From assembly GCA_902774115.1 (NCBI GenBank), contig CACYHH010000001.1, positions 604,794 through 668,793 on the forward strand: a stretch of 64,000 bases of DNA, read 5' to 3'. This document shows positions 49,631-58,038 of the stretch, piece after piece; position 1 is the first letter of the stretch, and each line of letters opens with the position of its first letter. Position numbers and translations under genes: made by a program. This stretch comes from an uncultured Spirochaetales bacterium. Its GTDB lineage: Bacteria > UBP6 > UBA1177. The notes beneath the pieces are model-generated. The model was not told the origin of the DNA. It made no database searches and saw only the letters and a program-made list of their open reading frames with translations.

Positions 49631-50896
49631 TTATTTTCTGACTTCTTTTTCAATTTCTTTTCGAAGCCATTCTGTCAATTTCTCTTCAGAAGGAAGATTG
49701 AGTTTGTATTTTTGGATAAAAAGATTCGTATCAATGCCGTCGGTGGCATATTTAACCAGCTCTTTTCCTGCTTCGGTACACATAAGGATTCCAATCGGCG
49801 GATTGTCATCACTCTGCATTATATTGTGCCTGTAGTATGAAAGATAAAGGTTCATCTGCGCAATATCGTCATATTTGATTTTTTTCGCTTTCAGATCAAT
49901 CAGGACGTGGCACTTTAAAATACGGTGATAAAAAACCAAATCGCAGAAAAAATAGTCATCGTCAATAAGGAACCGCTTTTGGCGTGTTTCAAAACAGAAA
50001 CCGTTTCCGAGTTCGAGAATGAATTTTTCAAGATGATTTACAAGTGCTTCTTCCAAGTCAGATTCTTCAATTATCTCGTCGGCGAGTTCCATTTTTTCTG
50101 AACCGGACTGGATATATCTGCTCATTTTTTCAGGATTTCTGCTGATAGCACTCCGCTCAAAATAATTTGTCTGAATCTGTCGTTTCAATTCACGCACAGA
50201 CCATGTGCCTTTGATTATTTCAAGTTCGTAAAAAACTCTTGCAAGAGGATTTTCTACGCTCAAAATCAACGAAAAGTGTGAAAACGAAAGATGTGAAAAG
50301 AGTTTTTCCGGCGGAATTTGAAGCTTGTCATCAGATTGGGCAATCAGTGATTGCCCAATTGGTGCTTGAATTTGGCAGACACTGTTTGCCAAATTACTTT
50401 CAGCGAGATCATGTTTTAATTGTGCAGACGCTGTTTGCACAATTTGGCAATCACCGATTGCCAAATTACTTTCAAGGAGTTCCTGTTTTGATTGGGCAGA
50501 CGCTGTCTGCCCAATTGTGCAATCACTGATTGCAGTATTGTCAAGGCTCAACTCTATTGTTGGAATAAGCCTTTCATCTGTTTTGAACTCGTTCAGGACA
50601 TAGTCAAAAATCGGTTTTTTAAGAGTTCTGAAATCCAGAAAAAATTGACGATAAAGGCGCAAATTCCTGTATGAAAGAGATTTTTTGTTCAAATCTTCCG
50701 CGAGTTTTTGGAGAGTTCTTTCTCCATATTTAGCCCTGTCTTTGCCGTTCTGCTCGTAGTTTACGATATAAAAGCCGATGAGCCAGTTCCGCGCTGTGAT
50801 ATTTCTGTTTATCGCTTTTGCCGTGTTCTCTTCAAAAACAAGGTTGAGGGAACTTATTGAATTTTCAAGTTGATTGAAATCAATATTTTTTGTCAT
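49631..50896 (-). CDS. YhcG/DUF1016 family PDDEXK nuclease-domain protein
   Basis: N-terminus NRNITARNWLIGFYIVNYEQNG. Mid region FYELEIIKGTWSVRELKRQI. C-terminal DLVFYHRILKCHVLIDLKAKK is PD-(D/E)xK-like. ATG at 50896 follows GAGG. Confidence 0.8.
   Translation of the reverse strand: MTKNIDFNQLENSISSLNLVFEENTAKAINRNITARNWLIGFYIVNYEQNGKDRAKYGERTLQKLAEDLNKKSLSYRNLRLYRQFFLDFRTLKKPIFDYVLNEFKTDERLIPTIELSLDNTAISDCTIGQTASAQSKQELLESNLAIGDCQIVQTASAQLKHDLAESNLANSVCQIQAPIGQSLIAQSDDKLQIPPEKLFSHLSFSHFSLILSVENPLARVFYELEIIKGTWSVRELKRQIQTNYFERSAISRNPEKMSRYIQSGSEKMELADEIIEESDLEEALVNHLEKFILELGNGFCFETRQKRFLIDDDYFFCDLVFYHRILKCHVLIDLKAKKIKYDDIAQMNLYLSYYRHNIMQSDDNPPIGILMCTEAGKELVKYATDGIDTNLFIQKYKLNLPSEEKLTEWLRKEIEKEVRK
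50335..50534. repeat. six palindromes of about 25 nt embedded in-frame in the yhcG-like ORF
   Basis: Examples: ATTGGGCAATCAgTGATTGCCCAAT (50335-59), ATTTGGCAATCaccGATTGCCAAAT (50442-66), ATTGGGCAGACgctGTCTGCCCAAT (50491-515). On the minus strand each reads IGQxxxAQ. Confidence 0.85.
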
Positions 50897-51482
50897 CACT
50901 GACCTCAATCACACAATTTTTCTTCAAATTTTTTATATCAAAAACTATCCCCTCACAGAAGGGCTCTCCTTCATGAGTCATATAAAAAGTTGTGTGAGGA
51001 ATATCCGTTTCATAAGACCACGGAATGATTTCCCAATCATCGGTGATTTTGCTTTTTTCATACCATTTTGCCGAGATATTGTTACACTTGCCGAGTCCTT
51101 CTTTAAGAATCCAACGACCGTCTTCTTGTTCCAAATGAAAATCACCTCCGTTAAAGCAGTCTCCTTCCGCAAATATGGCACCATAGAAATCAATCACATC
51201 ATCAGAATGCCCGCATACAATGACAAGATCGTTCCTCTCTGCACATTTTCTTTCAAATTCGCAAAAACCATCCTCATCGTCGCGATTATTCAGACAAAAA
51301 GCCATTGATTTTACGGTAAATTTTTCTGTTCGCAAAAGAAGCAAATAATCAACAAGCTTTGAATAATTCCTCCCGAATTTTTCCTTTGCTTTTTCTGCAA
51401 TGATTTTGTTGTCACCGCAAACACTTGAGGCTCCTTCGATAAAAAGTTCAATCTCTTTAACGATTTGATTCAGCTTACTCAT
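50880..51482 (-). CDS. hypothetical protein (200 aa), overlapping and co-oriented with the yhcG-like gene
   Basis: GGAG RBS. Acidic and Cys-containing. Has LVIVCGHSDD but no family I can name. Confidence 0.55.
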   Translation of the reverse strand: MSKLNQIVKEIELFIEGASSVCGDNKIIAEKAKEKFGRNYSKLVDYLLLLRTEKFTVKSMAFCLNNRDDEDGFCEFERKCAERNDLVIVCGHSDDVIDFYGAIFAEGDCFNGGDFHLEQEDGRWILKEGLGKCNNISAKWYEKSKITDDWEIIPWSYETDIPHTTFYMTHEGEPFCEGIVFDIKNLKKNCVIEVSDDKKY

Positions 51483-51776
51483 TTCAGCACTCCAAAATAA
51501 AAATTAACATTCTTACAAACAATCTTAAATTTTCACATTTAAACAAACAATAATTTTTTTACTATAAAATATATAAATACAGTAAAAGTCACTCAACACA
51601 ATATTGAATTCCAACATAAAAGTCAAATCATTTTTAGATTTTTATTTTAAAATAATTTCAGAATTTTTGTCTGATGATTTGCAATCCTTACAGCCCCTCA
51701 GCCACCGAAAAATCTGCCAAATCATTAGATATATCTCAAACAAATTAGATAAAGCTAAAAAAATCCCCCGACCCTC

Positions 51777-51830
51777 TTGACAAAACTTTTTTAAGGGAGT
51801 AATGATTAGTTGTTCATTTGTTCAACTAAT
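51777..51830 (+). promoter_or_regulatory. promoter plus palindromic operator upstream of the ArsR-family gene
   Basis: TTGACA (51777-82), 17-nt spacer, TAATGA. ATTAGTTG-N10-CAACTAAT lies at 51805-30 and contains the TGTTCA direct repeat typical of ArsR/SmtB operators. Confidence 0.5.
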
Positions 51831-51847
51831 AAAAGAGGAGGTCTAAA

Positions 51848-52231
51848 ATGGTAGATTCGGAGTCTTTGTGTACTTGCAATGTGATACACGAAAACATCGT
51901 GAATGATGTCAGATCAAAAATGGTGTCAGATGATGAATACTTGAACCTGGCGGATCTGATGCAGCTTTTCGGCGACTATACAAGAGTTAAGATCCTGCAC
52001 GCTCTCGAACAGAGCGAAATGTGCGTCTGCGACATCGCCGTGCTGTTAGGGCTCACAAAATCGGCGGTTTCGCACCAGCTGAAGGCTTTACGTCTTGCGG
52101 GACTCGTGAAATTCCGGCGCGAGGCGCAGATAGTCTACTACTCGCTGGCTGACGAGCATGTCAAAAAAATTATCGACACCGGCTTCGAGCATCTCGAAGA
52201 ACTGATGCCGGACTACCGGGAAACGCACTGA
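51848..52231 (+). CDS. ArsR/SmtB family metalloregulator
   Basis: wHTH with the metal-site CVCD (SEMCVCDIAVLLGLTKSAVSHQLKALR). Confidence 0.9.
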   Translation: MVDSESLCTCNVIHENIVNDVRSKMVSDDEYLNLADLMQLFGDYTRVKILHALEQSEMCVCDIAVLLGLTKSAVSHQLKALRLAGLVKFRREAQIVYYSLADEHVKKIIDTGFEHLEELMPDYRETH

Positions 52232-52244
52232 TCAGGAGGCACTT

Positions 52245-54188
52245 ATGGCACACGAACATCACGAACACGAATCTTGTGAACACGAACACGGATGCCGCTG
52301 CTGTCACGCCTGCGACCATCATCACGAGCATGAACATTCCGGCGGCAAAAAACTGATCTTACGCCTCTCTATCGGAGCTTTTGTCTATCTTGCAGGGCTT
52401 GTGCTAACTTTTACGGCAGATGTTCCGCTGCACATCGAACTGGGTTTCCTGATTGCGGCATACATAATTCTCGGTTACGACGTTGTCCTTGAAGCACTGG
52501 AAAATATCGCTCACGGACAGGTTTTCGACGAAAATTTCCTGATGACGATCTCTACTGTCGGGGCTTTTGTCATCGGCGAATATCCCGAAGCTGTAGCGGT
52601 AATGCTTTTTTACCAGATTGGAGAATTTTTCCAGTCGCTCGCAGTGAAACACTCGAAAGAATCGATTTCAGAACTCATGGATATCCGTCCCGACCACGCC
52701 ACAGTGCTGCGAGACGGCGTTTCCGAGACTGTTTCTCCCGAAAATGTCGCTTTAGGAGAGACAATTATCGTGAAACCGGGCGAAAAGATCCCTCTCGACG
52801 GCATTGTACTTGAAGGAAACTCGATGATCGACACGAAGGCTCTGACCGGCGAATCAGTTCCGAAAAGTGTCCGCGAAGGCGACGAAGTCCTCTCGGGATG
52901 CGTAAACCAGAGCGGCACTCTGACGATCAGAACAACTAAAATTTTCGGAGAATCGACAGTTTCCAAAATCATAGACCTCGTTGAAAATGCTTCTGAAAGA
53001 AAAGCAAAAACGGAAAATTTCATAACAAAATTCGCAGGTTACTATACTCCAGTTGTCGTAATCCTCGCCGCGCTCTTAGCTGTGCTTCCTCCCCTTCTTC
53101 TCGGAGGTGAATGGATCGACTGGATCCACCGAGGATTTGTTTTTCTTGTTGTATCATGTCCATGCGCCCTTGTAATTTCGATCCCTCTCACATTTTTCGG
53201 AGGTATCGGAGCCGCTTCAAAACACGGCGTGCTTGTGAAAGGAAGCAACTATCTTGAAGCACTTGATAACCTTAAAACCGTCGTTTTCGATAAAACTGGA
53301 ACTCTCACCAAAGGGGTTTTCAATGTCACGGAAATCATTCCGTCTGACGGCTTTACCAAAGAAAAAGTGCTTGAATACGCCTCCGCTGCCGAATATTTTT
53401 CCAACCATCCTATCGCAAAATCAATTTCTGCGGCTTACGGAAAAGAAATCGGAAACGGCCTTGTTTCCGCTCATCAGGAAATTCCGGGGCGCGGCATCTG
53501 TGCGCTCTTCGGCGGTGAAAAAGTCCTCGCCGGCAATGCAGAACTTATGAAAGATGAAAATATCGCCTTTCAGCCGTGTAATGAAACGGGAACAAAAGTC
53601 TATCTTGCGGCTGACGGACGCTATGTCGGCTGCATTCTGATAAGCGACGAAATCAAGGAAGACAGCTTCAAAGCGGTATCGGGGCTGAAAGAACTCGGTG
53701 TAAAAAATATCGCAATGCTCACGGGCGACGACGAAAAAATCGCGCAAGCCGTAGCGGAGAAACTGAAAATCGACGAATACTATTCGCAGCTTCTTCCCGG
53801 AGAAAAAGTCGAAAAGATCGAGATCTTAGAGAAAAATAGCGATGGCTCGGGAAAACTCGCCTTTGTCGGCGACGGAATAAACGACGCACCGGTACTGGCA
53901 AGAGCCGATGTCGGTATCGCCATGGGAGGTCTCGGCTCCGACGCTGCAATAGAAGCCGCCGATGTAGTCCTCATGACGGACGAACCTTCCAAACTTCTCG
54001 AAGCTATAGATGTTGCAAAAGCGACAAAAAGCATCGTTATCCAGAATATCGCCTTAGCTCTCGGAATAAAAGGTGTTTTCCTTGTTCTCGGAGCTTTGGG
54101 CATCGCCGGAATGTGGGAAGCGGTTTTCGGTGATGTCGGCGTCACAGTGATAGCGGTTCTCAACGCGATGAGGATTCTTAAAAAGTAA
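52245..54188 (+). CDS. heavy-metal (Cd/Zn/Co-type) translocating P1B-type ATPase with His/Cys-rich N-terminus
   Basis: Contains SCPCALV (CPC), DKTGTLT and GDGINDAP. N-terminus HEHHEHESCEHEHGCRCCHACDHHHEHEH takes the place of an HMA domain. Confidence 0.9.
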   Translation: MAHEHHEHESCEHEHGCRCCHACDHHHEHEHSGGKKLILRLSIGAFVYLAGLVLTFTADVPLHIELGFLIAAYIILGYDVVLEALENIAHGQVFDENFLMTISTVGAFVIGEYPEAVAVMLFYQIGEFFQSLAVKHSKESISELMDIRPDHATVLRDGVSETVSPENVALGETIIVKPGEKIPLDGIVLEGNSMIDTKALTGESVPKSVREGDEVLSGCVNQSGTLTIRTTKIFGESTVSKIIDLVENASERKAKTENFITKFAGYYTPVVVILAALLAVLPPLLLGGEWIDWIHRGFVFLVVSCPCALVISIPLTFFGGIGAASKHGVLVKGSNYLEALDNLKTVVFDKTGTLTKGVFNVTEIIPSDGFTKEKVLEYASAAEYFSNHPIAKSISAAYGKEIGNGLVSAHQEIPGRGICALFGGEKVLAGNAELMKDENIAFQPCNETGTKVYLAADGRYVGCILISDEIKEDSFKAVSGLKELGVKNIAMLTGDDEKIAQAVAEKLKIDEYYSQLLPGEKVEKIEILEKNSDGSGKLAFVGDGINDAPVLARADVGIAMGGLGSDAAIEAADVVLMTDEPSKLLEAIDVAKATKSIVIQNIALALGIKGVFLVLGALGIAGMWEAVFGDVGVTVIAVLNAMRILKK

Positions 54189-54256
54189 AAGGCACTCCGG
54201 AAGTTCTCTTTGCCTGAAAGACAGCTGAACATTTTCAAAAAAATAATTTTTTTCTG

Positions 54257-54296
54257 TTGACAAACAAAAAATTTCAACTATGTTAGCTTTTGCTAA
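54257..54296 (+). promoter_or_regulatory. promoter with TTAGC-N4-GCTAA palindrome upstream of the porin-like gene
   Basis: TTGACA (54257-62), 16-nt spacer, TATGTT. TTAGCTTTTGCTAA lies at 54283-96. Confidence 0.5.
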
Positions 54297-54397
54297 TTTA
54301 ATTGCTCTTTAGAAATTTGATTTTTTATTACGAAATTAGTTTGAACTTTTCTTTTTGGTTTATTTTTTTAACAATTTCAATTTATTGGAGGTTTTTC

Positions 54398-55753
54398 ATG
54401 CGTAATTTCTTTTTTGCGGCAATGATTTGCTGCGCGGCATCTTTTTCACTCTATGCAGAGGATAAGGCTCCTGCAAACGAAGAAACAAAAGAATCAACAG
54501 TCGAAGCTGCTGAAGCTCCCGCTGAAGGAGAAGCAGCAGAAGCTGAAGAAGAGGAAGACAAACTCGCTTTCGAGCGTAACCCCTACTTCAATGCGACTGT
54601 TTTCGGCGGAGTTTCTGCAGGAATCAACATCGAAGACGGCGATGTAAACAAGGAAGAAAGCTACGAAATCGGTCTTGACAACCTGATCCTTGACTTGCAG
54701 GGCGGCGACAGGATGTTCAACGGCCGCGCAGTTGTCGATTTCGGCTCGGTCGATGAGGAAGGCAAAATGACGCTCGATGTCATCAAAAACGTTTCTTTCA
54801 GAATGCAGCATCCCTCTTTCAGGAACTCAGCCGGAACTTTCGGGCTCGATGTAAACCTTGAAGCGGGTCTTTTCTCGATGCCGTTCGGAATCGAAAACGG
54901 CTACGACCATGAAGTCGCTTTCGCAAATTCGGCGATAAAGGAGGACTTTTTCGGCGGAGCCTTCAACGATCTCGGCGTTTCGCTCGGCGTTGACCTCATT
55001 TTTTCTAAGGAATCCGACCTTGCGATCACCCTTTTCGCTTTCAACGGCGGAAATGAAACCGTTCTTGACGGCGAGGAAAACCTTTTCCGCGCACCGGCAT
55101 TCGGCGCAGATATCCGCTTCAACAAAACAGGCGATTTTTTCGCTACCGCAGCGGCTTCTCTTGTTTTCGGCAAGGCTTACAGAAACTACGGTTTCGATGT
55201 TTACAACCTTTCGGAAGAAGGCGAAATAGAATCCTATAAAAACGGCGAAAGTCTCGATCAGGACAAAAACAACGTCCTCATGGCGATAGGAGCAGATCTC
55301 GGCTACAACGTTAGCGACGACATTTCTGTCGGCTTCAAAGCTGAGTTTGGCCTTGCTCACCGCGCACTCTACAACCCCGATTTCGAGAAAGGCAAACTCA
55401 TTTCCGACGGTGTCAAAGACGCTGATTCCGCATTGACTTCTTGGGGACTCTTCGCAATGCCTTACGCGACACTCTGGGATGTCGACATGATGGCGAGAGT
55501 TTCATACTTCAAGGCTCCGTTCTATGAAGAAAACATCATCAGCAAGGACAATTCGAATCTCGGCGTAAATATCGCAATAATCTACAACTTCTGCGATTAT
55601 GCGGGAATCGAACTGGACTATGATTTCAACAAAACCACATTCCACGGATACGGCGAAAAGAACGAAACCGTTTCCGAATCTTTGAACACCCACGCAATCG
55701 CTCTCGCACTCAGCGGTGCATTCGATTTCCTCTGGGAAGAAGAAAAGAAATAA
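54398..55753 (+). CDS. putative outer-membrane beta-barrel (porin-like) protein
   Basis: GGAGG RBS and signal peptide MRNFFFAAMICCAASFSLYA. Acidic linker followed by alternating-hydrophobic, Gly/Asn/Phe/Tyr-rich strands. Confidence 0.5.
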   Translation: MRNFFFAAMICCAASFSLYAEDKAPANEETKESTVEAAEAPAEGEAAEAEEEEDKLAFERNPYFNATVFGGVSAGINIEDGDVNKEESYEIGLDNLILDLQGGDRMFNGRAVVDFGSVDEEGKMTLDVIKNVSFRMQHPSFRNSAGTFGLDVNLEAGLFSMPFGIENGYDHEVAFANSAIKEDFFGGAFNDLGVSLGVDLIFSKESDLAITLFAFNGGNETVLDGEENLFRAPAFGADIRFNKTGDFFATAAASLVFGKAYRNYGFDVYNLSEEGEIESYKNGESLDQDKNNVLMAIGADLGYNVSDDISVGFKAEFGLAHRALYNPDFEKGKLISDGVKDADSALTSWGLFAMPYATLWDVDMMARVSYFKAPFYEENIISKDNSNLGVNIAIIYNFCDYAGIELDYDFNKTTFHGYGEKNETVSESLNTHAIALALSGAFDFLWEEEKK

Positions 55754-55765
55754 GGGATTTGAGCA

Positions 55766-56563
55766 ATGGATTTGCAGTTAGGCGATGTTCAGACAACCGC
55801 ACTTATTCCGCTGGCGGTGAAAGCAAGCGAAAGCAGGCGTGAAAATCCGCGTGTAATCGACAAAAAAGCCGTGGAAATCGTTGAAGCTCTCGGCATTGAC
55901 ATCTCAAAGTATGACAAGTTTATGTCTCACGAAGGAGTTATTGCCCGCACGATCATGCTTGACAGGCAGCTGAAGGAGATAATCAGAAAAGCTCCCGAAA
56001 CAGTGGTCATAAATCTCGGAGCCGGATTCGACGACCGGTTTTCCCGCGTTGACAACGGAAAGATCCGCTGGTTCGACCTGGATCTGCCCGATGTGATCAC
56101 GGCAAGAAAAAAGGCTTTCCCTGAAAAAGAGAGAGTAACGATGATTGCCGGAGACATATTGGATCCGTCTTGGTGCAAGCCCGTTCAGGAAGCCCTTTCA
56201 GAGAAAAAAACAAAGCCAGTATTCCTGGCTGAAGGCCTTTTCATGTATCTCACAATGGAACAGATCCAGAGTTTTCTGAATGTCCTGAAGGATAATTTCC
56301 CCTGCGGAGGAACTCTTATCGCAGAGCAGAACAATAAACTTATGGTAAAAAACGAGAAATTTCACGACACAGTAAAAAACACGAACGCCCATTTTGTCTC
56401 AGGCACCGACTCAGGTCAGGAGATAGCCGATCTCGTCAAAGGATTCCGCCTTGTCGAGGAACACAGCTTCAACGAAGAAATGAGAAAACACAGCATCCGC
56501 GGAAAACTGTTTGCGTTTCTGCTGCCTAAAATGAATGACCGATGGGCGACATTCGAGTGGTAA
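55766..56563 (+). CDS. class I SAM-dependent methyltransferase (LCM/TcmP-like O-methyltransferase family)
   Basis: VVINLGAGFDDRF is SAM motif I, followed by WFDLDLPDV. 265 aa. Confidence 0.7.
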   Translation: MDLQLGDVQTTALIPLAVKASESRRENPRVIDKKAVEIVEALGIDISKYDKFMSHEGVIARTIMLDRQLKEIIRKAPETVVINLGAGFDDRFSRVDNGKIRWFDLDLPDVITARKKAFPEKERVTMIAGDILDPSWCKPVQEALSEKKTKPVFLAEGLFMYLTMEQIQSFLNVLKDNFPCGGTLIAEQNNKLMVKNEKFHDTVKNTNAHFVSGTDSGQEIADLVKGFRLVEEHSFNEEMRKHSIRGKLFAFLLPKMNDRWATFEW

Positions 56564-56624
56564 GGAATTCCAAAGTTTCAGAATTTATTTTCTGTCATGG
56601 TAATTGTCATTTGAAATAGAAACT

Positions 56625-56745
56625 GTCGGAGCGCGGGCGGCTCGCCCGCAACTCGTCATGTCGAGCAAAGCGAAACATCTATGACCTCTCCGTCACTGCG
56701 TGACACCTCCCCTGCCTCATGGGAGGCAAGAAGCGGTAGAAACAT
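56625..56745. other. GC-rich multi-hairpin element in an AT-rich intergenic region
   Basis: Hairpins: GCGGGCG gct CGCCCGC (56633-49), GTCAC tgc GTGAC (56692-704), GCCTC atgg GAGGC (56714-27). Confidence 0.5.
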
Positions 56746-56753
56746 CCCAGCTT

Positions 56754-56787
56754 TTGAACGGAAACAGGAATTATTTTGGGGAGTTAT
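56754..56787 (+). repeat. 34-bp direct repeat, left copy (TTGAACGGAAACAGGAATTATTTTGGGGAGTTAT)
   Basis: Identical to 57718-57751. The two copies bracket the PIN-DinJ pair. Confidence 0.9.
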
Positions 56788-56947
56788 TCTTGGCTAAAGC
56801 TGGTTTTCAGTTGCTAAGTCTGTCTCCAATTTTAAGATATTTTCTCTAATTGTTGAACTTTAAATATAATTTTATGATTAAAAACTTTACTTTATTTTAT
56901 GGCAATAAATGATTTTGTAGTTTATTTCTTTGAAACAGAGGTGAAAA

Positions 56948-57367
56948 ATGAACTTTTATGCCGTCATTGATACAAATGTTGTTGTTTCTGCCATGCTGAA
57001 ACGCGATTCTGTTCCGGCAAAAATTATTGATTTGCTGCTTGCAGGAATAATAATTCCGGTCTTTAATGAAGAAATATTGAGTGAATACGAGGAAGTTTTA
57101 CTACGGCCGGAGTTCGGTTTCGCACAGGATGATGTTAATAAATTTATGGATTTCATGAGAAAAAACGGAATCTTTCTTGAAAAAAATCTTTCCGATGAAA
57201 AATTCAATGATCCGGACGACGCTGTTTTTTATGAAATTGCACTGTCCGCAAGAAAAAGCAGAGAAGCCTATCTTGTTACCGGAAACATCCGGCATTTTCC
57301 GCAAAAAGAATTTGTTGTTACACCTCGCGACATGCTCAATATTGTATTGAGTTATATTGACAAATAA
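56948..57367 (+). CDS. PIN-domain toxin (PIN_3 / TIGR00305-like)
   Basis: FYAVIDTNVVVSAML ... ILSEYEEVLLRPEF ... DPDDAVFYEIAL fits the PIN acidic residue pattern. GAGGTG RBS. Confidence 0.8.
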   Translation: MNFYAVIDTNVVVSAMLKRDSVPAKIIDLLLAGIIIPVFNEEILSEYEEVLLRPEFGFAQDDVNKFMDFMRKNGIFLEKNLSDEKFNDPDDAVFYEIALSARKSREAYLVTGNIRHFPQKEFVVTPRDMLNIVLSYIDK

Positions 57368-57403
57368 TTTGTTTATAAGTATAAAACATTTGGAGGTGGT
57401 GAC

Positions 57404-57688
57404 ATGAGCTATACAATTCAAGTCAGAATAGATGATGATTTAAAAACCCAGGCGACTGAAGTTTTCGACCGTCTCGGTCTTGATTTTTCAACAGCAATCC
57501 GAATTTTTCTGAAAAAAAGTGTTGCGGTGAACGGCATCCCGTTCGAACTCAGAAACGAAACTCCGACGGAAGCAGCAGCCGCAGTCGAAAACATGAGGGC
57601 ATCCGCGGAAGAAAACGACATCGCGGATCTCACCCTTGATAAAATCAACGGAATCATCAACAAGGTCCGCGAAATCAGAAAAAAATAG
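57404..57688 (+). CDS. RelB/DinJ family antitoxin
   Basis: IQVRIDDDLKTQATEVFDRLGLDFSTAIRIFLKKSV is the ribbon-helix-helix DinJ signature. GGAGG RBS. Confidence 0.85.
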   Translation: MSYTIQVRIDDDLKTQATEVFDRLGLDFSTAIRIFLKKSVAVNGIPFELRNETPTEAAAAVENMRASAEENDIADLTLDKINGIINKVREIRKK

Positions 57689-57723
57689 GTCTTCGTCTAA
57701 GGTCACAATTTGTGACCTTGAAC
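57669..57723 (+). repeat. 55-bp repeat with hairpin, copy 1 (spans the 3' end of the antitoxin gene)
   Basis: GCGAAATCAGAAAAAAATAGGTCTTCGTCTAAGGTCACAATTTGTGACCTTGAAC. The hairpin arms are AAGGTCACAA / TTGTGACCTT (57699-57719). Confidence 0.85.
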
Positions 57724-57751
57724 GGAAACAGGAATTATTTTGGGGAGTTAT
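57718..57751 (+). repeat. 34-bp direct repeat, right copy
   Basis: Identical to 56754-56787. Confidence 0.9.
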
Positions 57752-57814
57752 ATGCTCCGGTTTCTATGATTTAGTGTTGTATTCCTTGCTCTTTTCTTCA
57801 AGAAGTTTGAACCC

Positions 57815-57840
57815 AAAAAAAAGGCTTTCCGAAGAAAGCC
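57815..57840 (-). terminator. Rho-independent terminator (strong on the minus strand, weaker on the plus strand)
   Basis: GGCTTTC cgaa GAAAGCC (57823-40), preceded by A8 on the plus strand, which is T8 after the stem on the minus strand. Confidence 0.7.
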
Positions 57841-57986
57841 TCATTTTGAATCGTCCACTGAGCAGGACCACTCTTTAGTTTGGTAATATACTCAAGAATA
57901 TTGTTTTGTCAATACTAATTTAGAAAAATTTTAAAAAATTATTTTATTGTGTCTTGTTTTGACCGAGCACGGGCTTGCCAAAAATC

Positions 57987-58013
57987 GAACTGTCGCAAAT
58001 TTTGCGACAGTTC
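57987..58013. repeat. perfect 13-bp-arm palindrome GAACTGTCGCAAA t TTTGCGACAGTTC
   Basis: Same GTCGCAA/TTGCGAC core as the hairpins in the 55-bp repeats. Confidence 0.8.
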
Positions 58014-58038
58014 AAAATGAATGTGGACGTTTGGTTGA

